Source: Pedobacter sp.
Lineage (GTDB): Bacteria; Desulfobacterota; Desulfuromonadia; Desulfuromonadales; Syntrophotaleaceae
Length of the DNA stretch: 64,000 nucleotides
Assembly (NCBI GenBank): GCA_050253415.1
Contig: JBFWJC010000002.1
Coordinates: 64,001-128,000, forward strand
Direction: 5' to 3'
The notes under the pieces are model-generated. The model had not been told where the DNA came from, searched no databases, and was given only the letters and a program-made list of their open reading frames with translations. The first letter of the stretch is position 1. Each line of letters opens with the position of its first letter. A program made the translations under genes and the position numbers. Of the stretch, positions 58,279 to 64,000 are shown in pieces.

Positions 58279-59580
58279 CTACGGCTGGGCCATGACCTGA
58301 TCCCATTTGTCGGAGAAGTTATCTTTGATCCAGTGGCCGTCGAGCCATTCGCGAGGGTTGATCTCGATGCCGGCCAGGATAATGCCGAAGTGCAGGTGAT
58401 CGCCGCCGGCCATGCCGGTAGCGCCGGTGCGGCCGATGATCTGGCCTTTGCTGATCGTATCACCGACGTTGACATCGATGCTGCTCAGGTGGGAGTAAAG
58501 GCTCTGCAGTCCGAGGCCGTGGTCGATAATGACGCATTGGCCGTAGATGCCGAAGTCTTCGGCTAGCACCACGGTGCCGTTGTTGCTGGCCGGTACCGGG
58601 GATGCGGCCAGGGAGGCAAGGTCGAGACCGAGGTGGGTCTGATGATCGACCTTACGACTGTTAAACATGTAATCGCGTTGATCGTTGAATCCCGCCCGGG
58701 GCGCGGCGTTGGGCAGACGCAGGAAGGCTCCTTCCCACAGCGGCCGGTCGGCGGTTTTGGTCGCCAGTTCGTTGAGCCTGGCTACGTTTTTGGCGCGCAG
58801 TTCGCCATTGACCCTCAGGAACAGCTGCAGCGGATCGGTCGTTTCCGGAAAATACTGCTGGAAATCGGGCATTTTATTGTCGAGGAATTGCTGGCTGACA
58901 TTGATCTGGTCGACCCGCGGCGGACGCGGAATGGGATGGTAGTAGAAGCCTCCCGTACGCTGGTTGCCGGCCAGGTCTTCCACCACCACGCGGGGAGTGA
59001 AAGCGCTGCGCTCGGTGGTGTGAGGCCAGGCAAACAGGCAGGCGTAGACGCCGTTATCCTGCAGGTAGGCCGGGAAGAAACGGTCGGCAACCTGGACGCC
59101 GGCATATTGTACCGCCTCGGAAACACGGAACATGGTCAGGCCCGCGCCCCCTTCATAGACGTTGTGGGCGGTGGTCAGAACGGAAATGACGGGCGGTTTG
59201 GTGTCGTATTCCAGCGCAAAGCTCTGCTCCGCGCGATTGGCCAACGTGGCGTAATCGCTGGCGGTCACATTGATTTGCAAGGGGCCGTTTTTAAGGGACA
59301 GTTTTTCCAGGGTAAGGGGGATTTCCTGCTGCTTGATCCCACGCTGCAAGGTCGTGTTGACCAACTCCGTGACCTTGCCATTCTGCGAGACGCTGACGAT
59401 AAGAGTTTTCAGGCCGGCGTTATCGTCCTGCACAGTCAGTACGGGCGGCTTTTTGGCCGAAACGGCGCCACTGGCAGGACTTAGCGTCAACGCGGGGGCA
59501 TGGTTGTCACGCAGGAAAAGATAGCCGACGGCAGCGCCGACAACGAGCAACAACAGGATCATGATGGCATGGTTTTTCAA
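58279..59580 (-). CDS. M23 family metallopeptidase
   Basis: HLGLD, YSHL, GATG.A.G.HLHF. Confidence 0.92.
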   Translation of the reverse strand: MKNHAIMILLLLVVGAAVGYLFLRDNHAPALTLSPASGAVSAKKPPVLTVQDDNAGLKTLIVSVSQNGKVTELVNTTLQRGIKQQEIPLTLEKLSLKNGPLQINVTASDYATLANRAEQSFALEYDTKPPVISVLTTAHNVYEGGAGLTMFRVSEAVQYAGVQVADRFFPAYLQDNGVYACLFAWPHTTERSAFTPRVVVEDLAGNQRTGGFYYHPIPRPPRVDQINVSQQFLDNKMPDFQQYFPETTDPLQLFLRVNGELRAKNVARLNELATKTADRPLWEGAFLRLPNAAPRAGFNDQRDYMFNSRKVDHQTHLGLDLASLAASPVPASNNGTVVLAEDFGIYGQCVIIDHGLGLQSLYSHLSSIDVNVGDTISKGQIIGRTGATGMAGGDHLHFGIILAGIEINPREWLDGHWIKDNFSDKWDQVMAQP

Positions 59581-59678
59581 AGTCTTGTACCTCGCAAAAA
59601 ATTTCCTGAATCAGAATAAGTAAAAGAGGCCGTGCCTGCCTCTTTATGAAACGAAATATTTGCTGCTTTAAGCAAAGC

Positions 59679-60074
59679 TTAGCGTGCAGCGCCGCGATAC
59701 CAGAGGGCGGCTGTCAATCCCCACAGGGCATTGACCAGCAGGATCAGCGCCGGGGTCAAGGCGCCATAACCGAGTCCGAAAAGCCCTCGCCCTGCAGCGG
59801 GCATCAGATGCAGCAACATGAAGGACGAAGGGGCCAGGCTCCACAGCAGGCCGCGCATGGCAGGTCGTCCCGGGAGCAGGGGCAGGGTGAACAGCAATCC
59901 CCACAGGCCGCCAACAACGAGGCGTGGGTAAAGCCAGGACAGGGTCAGCACGGGGTGCAGGGAGATACCCATCCAAGCGATGACGCCGTCACGGCTCAGT
60001 TCCCAGAACAACAGGCTGGAGAGCAGGGCGCCGATTGCCCCGCCGGTGAAGGCAGCACTCAGGTTGCGCAGCAT
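59679..60074 (-). CDS. Hypothetical 4-TM membrane protein
   Basis: Hydrophobic segments, LYPRLV.GGLWG; start set at MLRNL. Confidence 0.65.
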   Translation of the reverse strand: MLRNLSAAFTGGAIGALLSSLLFWELSRDGVIAWMGISLHPVLTLSWLYPRLVVGGLWGLLFTLPLLPGRPAMRGLLWSLAPSSFMLLHLMPAAGRGLFGLGYGALTPALILLVNALWGLTAALWYRGAAR

Positions 60075-60084
60075 AGGTTCTCCT

Positions 60085-60477
60085 TTACTCCCAGCGTCCG
60101 CGACGCTTCTGAAGTGAAATGATTTCCACGTGACCGTGCTCGTTGATGAACGAGGTTGACAGCCAGCTGACGGCGGTGATGATAAGCGACCCCAGTACCG
60201 CCCACCAGAAGCCTTGCACATGGAATCCACCGATGACCCCCGATGCCATCATCAGCATCAACGCGTTGATGACAAAAGTGAACAGCCCCAGGGTGAGGAT
60301 GTTCAGTGGCAAGGTTACCAGCAGCAGAATGGGGCGAAAAAGAGCGTTAAGAATACCCAGTGCCGCTGCGGCAAAAAACGCGGAAAATGGCCCCCCCACC
60401 GTGATGCCGGGCAGCAGGTAGGCGGCAAGCAGAATAGCAAGGGTCAGCACAATCCAGCGAATCAGCATGCCTCGCAT
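60085..60477 (-). CDS. Phage-holin-family (YvlD-like, 4 TM) membrane protein
   Basis: LNALFRPIL..TLPL..LTLGLF.FVINA. Confidence 0.85.
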   Translation of the reverse strand: MRGMLIRWIVLTLAILLAAYLLPGITVGGPFSAFFAAAALGILNALFRPILLLVTLPLNILTLGLFTFVINALMLMMASGVIGGFHVQGFWWAVLGSLIITAVSWLSTSFINEHGHVEIISLQKRRGRWE

Positions 60478-60606
60478 CGGTACCTCCGGGGAAATGGATA
60501 ATGTTGGCCCGTGGCGTTATCCGTCCGCGGGCGATTGCATGAGGCCAAGAATAGCGTAAATCGAAGTTGGATAAAAGGGGGTACCGTATGCTCTTGAGGA
60601 TTGCAC

Positions 60607-61029
60607 TCAGCAGCAGGCGCAATACCACCCTGAAAACTGCGGCAGTAAGACATTGTCGATCACATGAATGATGCCGTTGCTGCAGCGGATATCGGTTTTG
60701 GTCAAGCCGGCGTTGTCGATGCGCAGGGCACCGACCTCCAGATGGGCGGTCAGGTTTTTGCCGTTGCGGGTTCCGATGCTTTCTTCGTCCTCAAGGGCGT
60801 CAAACGGGTGCTCGCCGTCGGCGATATGATAAGTGAGGATGTCGGTCAGCTTGGAACGGTTGAGCAGGATTTCCTCAAGATTGACGCGTGTGAAGGCCTG
60901 GTTGTCGGGAGCGAAAAGGGTGATACTTTTCACTTCGGCCAACGTGTCGAGCAGGCTGACTTTGTTGAGTGCATGCAACAAGGTTTCGAAGGCCGGGTCT
61001 TCCCTGAGGGTCGTGAGAATGTCTTTCAT
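60607..61029 (-). CDS. Fasciclin (FAS1) domain protein
   Basis: TLFAPDNQAF, ILTYH, NGIIHVIDNVL. Confidence 0.9.
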   Translation of the reverse strand: MKDILTTLREDPAFETLLHALNKVSLLDTLAEVKSITLFAPDNQAFTRVNLEEILLNRSKLTDILTYHIADGEHPFDALEDEESIGTRNGKNLTAHLEVGALRIDNAGLTKTDIRCSNGIIHVIDNVLLPQFSGWYCACC

Positions 61030-61164
61030 GGCGGTCTCCAGGATTGTTGTTGGTGAAACAATCATAACTTGATTCGTCTTGATTATATCATGCTATGCGG
61101 GATGTGGCAGCCGGCGTTTCTCGGGATTGGTGACCTCGATGCAGAGGGGAAGTGGTTCCGCGAC

Positions 61165-63201
61165 TCAGTCCCCGAGCATTGCCTTCATCCGGTCAAAGGC
61201 GCTGTTAGCCAATTGGTCTTTTTCCTCTTCGGTGCTGGCGGTCGGGGCATCGCTTGAGATTGCCTGCAGAACCTCCCCGGGGATTTCCTCGAGAAACCGG
61301 CTCGGGAAACGGGGTTGCATGACACCGAATTTTTTTCGGCGGGAGGTGCCGAGCAGGGTCAGTTTTTTTTGAGCCCGGGTGATGCCGACATAGCACAGGC
61401 GCCGCTCCTCTTCGATATCGCAGGATCCTTCCACCGATTTTTTATGGGGCAGCAGGTCCTCTTCCATCCCGACCAGGAACACGCACGGAAATTCCAGTCC
61501 CTTGCTGGCATGCAGGCTCATGAGGACGACGGCATCCCGTTGCAGCTTGGCATCCTTGTCCTGGCGCGGCGGTTCATCCCGATCCAGCAACGATACTTTT
61601 TCCAAAAACCCTTCCAGGGTCGGCTGGGTTTCGCGTTGCTCGTAGGAGGCCATGGCGTTAATGACCTCGGCCACGTTGGCCATGCGCCGCCGTGCCCGAT
61701 CCGGGTCCTGGGCGGTGCGCAGCAGGTCGTCTTCAAAACGCAATTCTTCGAGTAATTCGCGCCCCGTATCGCTGAGTTGCCCGACACGGAACCGGCGGCG
61801 GTAGTTTTCCATCAGGCGTATGAACCCATGGGCCGCCTCGACCACCTTGTCGCCGAGCCCTTCGACATTTTCGGCATTCTGCAAGACCTGCCACAACGGA
61901 ATATCGTGTTCCGCCGAAAAGCGGATCAGACGGTCGGCGCTGGTGTCGCCGATGCCGCGCTTGGGCGTGTTGAGGATGCGCAGCAGGTTGACCTCATCGC
62001 GCGGATTAAGCAGTACGCGGAAGTAGGCCATCACATCCTTGACTTCCTTGCGATCGAAAAACTGCTGGCCGCCGATCAGCACATAGGGAACGTTCTGATA
62101 CCGCAGCTGTTCTTCAAAAGCGCGTGACTGAACATTGGTGCGAAACAGGATGGAGAAATCGCGGTAACTGAGCTTTTCCTTGAACCTGTCGGTCATGATC
62201 CGTTCGACCACCGACCGGGCCTCGTCTTCGTCGTCGTCGCACAACAGGTAGTCGATCTTCTTGCCGGGGCCGTCTGCGGTCCATAAGGCTTTGATTTTAC
62301 GTTTGGTGTTGTTGCGGATGACGGCGTTGGCGGCGGTCAGGATATTGCCGGTGGAGCGGTAATTCTGCTCCAGGCGGATAACCATGGTGCCGGGGAAATC
62401 CTTTTCAAAATCGAGGATATTGCCCAGGTCGGCGCCGCGCCAGCCGTAGATGGACTGATCGTCATCGCCGACCACGCAAAGGTTGCGGTGCCCCTGGGCC
62501 AGCAGCCGCAGCAGCCGGTATTGGGCGGCGTTGGTGTCCTGGTATTCGTCGACCATCAGGTAGCGAAAGCGCAGCTGGTACTTTTCCAGCACGGCGGGTT
62601 TGTCCTGCAGCAGGCGCACGGCAAGCATGATCAAGTCGTCGAAGTCAACGGCGTTAAAGGCTTTAAGGGCGCGTTGGTAGCGGGGGTAGATGGTGCTTAC
62701 CACTTGGCCGTACTCGTCGCCATAACCCGGTTGGAAGGCTTCGGGGGGGATAAGACGGTTTTTGGCGTCGGAAATCAGGTACAGCACCCGGTCGGCATCG
62801 TATTTTCGCAGGCTGGTGTTGACCTCCTGCAACAGATCGCGGATCAGGCGCAGCTGGTCGGCTCCTCCATAGATGGAAAAATTCTTTTTGTAGCCGAGTT
62901 GCTCGATGTCTTCCTTGAGAATGCGTACGCAAAGGGCATGAAAGGTGCTGATGATCATGCCCTTGGCCTGCTTGCGGCCGACAATCCCTTCCACCCGTTC
63001 GCGCATCTCGCGGGCGGCCTTATTGGTAAAGGTGACGGATAAAATAGCTTGCGCGGGGATACCGATATCCTGCAGCAGGTAACCGATACGGCTGGTGATA
63101 ACCCGGGTTTTGCCGGAACCGGCACCGGCCAGAAGCAGCAGGGGGCCTTCCGTATGGCGCACGGCGGCAAGCTGTTGGTCGTTAAGGGCGGAAAGATCCA
63201 T
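61165..63201 (-). CDS. UvrD/Rep/PcrA family SF1 DNA helicase
   Basis: LAGAGSGKT, VDEYQDTN, VGDDDQSIY.WRGA, LEQNYRS, H.SKGLEF, EERRLCYVGITRA. Confidence 0.95.
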   Translation of the reverse strand: MDLSALNDQQLAAVRHTEGPLLLLAGAGSGKTRVITSRIGYLLQDIGIPAQAILSVTFTNKAAREMRERVEGIVGRKQAKGMIISTFHALCVRILKEDIEQLGYKKNFSIYGGADQLRLIRDLLQEVNTSLRKYDADRVLYLISDAKNRLIPPEAFQPGYGDEYGQVVSTIYPRYQRALKAFNAVDFDDLIMLAVRLLQDKPAVLEKYQLRFRYLMVDEYQDTNAAQYRLLRLLAQGHRNLCVVGDDDQSIYGWRGADLGNILDFEKDFPGTMVIRLEQNYRSTGNILTAANAVIRNNTKRKIKALWTADGPGKKIDYLLCDDDEDEARSVVERIMTDRFKEKLSYRDFSILFRTNVQSRAFEEQLRYQNVPYVLIGGQQFFDRKEVKDVMAYFRVLLNPRDEVNLLRILNTPKRGIGDTSADRLIRFSAEHDIPLWQVLQNAENVEGLGDKVVEAAHGFIRLMENYRRRFRVGQLSDTGRELLEELRFEDDLLRTAQDPDRARRRMANVAEVINAMASYEQRETQPTLEGFLEKVSLLDRDEPPRQDKDAKLQRDAVVLMSLHASKGLEFPCVFLVGMEEDLLPHKKSVEGSCDIEEERRLCYVGITRAQKKLTLLGTSRRKKFGVMQPRFPSRFLEEIPGEVLQAISSDAPTASTEEEKDQLANSAFDRMKAMLGD

Positions 63202-63701
63202 AATACGTGGCCGGGAGTGGGAAGTTAAACAAGGGATGGTCTGCAGCGAAAACTGCCGAAACAGGGCGGAACATAGCACAGCTGGCGATGCGCAGCAAGG
63301 GTGCCTGTAAGGGCTTTGGGGCGAATGTCTGCATCAGGCAACAAAGTGTGCTATCGCACAGTTGGAAACTGTGCTGAAGTGTTATCGAAACAACACGAAA
63401 GCATCTTGCTTTTCATGAGTGTTTCGGGTAGTGTGCCGCAAGTTTTGAGACAGCTGTTTTACTCTTCAGTCTTTACGGTGCGTCGTATGTTTAAAACTGT
63501 CGTTGTGCTTTTCAGCCTTATTTGGGCTTCGTTGTTGCTGGTTTCCTGGAGCGGCGGCGAGCAGGTACATCCCTCCCCCGAAACTAAAGTCGCGATGCAG
63601 CCTGATTTTTAGGCGCCGTCGCATCACCTCTGTTTTGTTCGATTCTTTCGGCCGCAGGCTTTGCCGGCGCGCCGCACGGTCATCATTTCCCTTTTTTTCG
63701 C

Positions 63702-64000
63702 TTAATCCTCTGCAACCCGACTCCCCTGACGCGTTCCACGTCGGCGTAATTCGTCTTCGATGGCGTTGAGCACTTCCCATTTGTTCAGCGACCACAGTGG
63801 CGCCAGCAAGGTATCGCGCGGTCCGTCCCCCGTCAGTCGGTGGATCAGGGTCCGTGCCGGTAACCGTTCAAGCACATCCGCCACCAGCGATACATATTCC
63901 TGTTGTTCCAGTATCTTGACGCCGCCTTGCTGATACAGGTCACCCAGCGGCGTGCCGCGCAGAACGTGCAGCAGATGCAGCTTGATACCATCGACCCTCA
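63702..64000 (-). CDS. TIGR01212-like radical SAM protein, C-terminal part
   Basis: VDGIKLHLLHVLRGT...IHRLTGDG...LAPLW..NK..VLN; runs off right edge. Confidence 0.8.
   Translation of the reverse strand, partial: RVDGIKLHLLHVLRGTPLGDLYQQGGVKILEQQEYVSLVADVLERLPARTLIHRLTGDGPRDTLLAPLWSLNKWEVLNAIEDELRRRGTRQGSRVAED

Noticed and set aside
60085..60477. Prophage lysis module (holin plus M23 peptidase)
   Set aside because: This holin-like family and M23 peptidases are common chromosomal genes; no phage genes nearby.

Overview
GC-rich bacterial chromosomal window; gene content tentatively suggests a Desulfuromonadales-type anaerobe (inference). Most of it is ordinary: RND efflux operon with MarR, cysteine synthase, UbiD decarboxylase, porin plus two SHOCT proteins, PEP-utiliser/dodecin cluster, TcdA/TatD, TRAP and Zn-ABC transporters, aldolase/PatB, PAS histidine kinase, M23 peptidase and UvrD-type helicase. 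The notable part is about 42.4-55.5 kb: an AT-rich, minus-strand integron gene-cassette array. It has about 9 attC-like sites with matching R boxes and a putative attI at ~55.44 kb, but no integrase gene in the window. Cargo includes a Septu-like ATPase+HNH pair, a PD-(D/E)XK-like nuclease, an intact and a decayed HEPN-like gene, a CSD-DUF1294 protein, a methyltransferase, a class A beta-lactamase and a transglutaminase. Two IR-bounded REP-associated tyrosine (HUH) transposase elements, an internally deleted derivative and REP-like scars sit in or next to attC sites, suggesting integrase-independent remodelling. All calls come from reading motifs by eye; no database searches were run.
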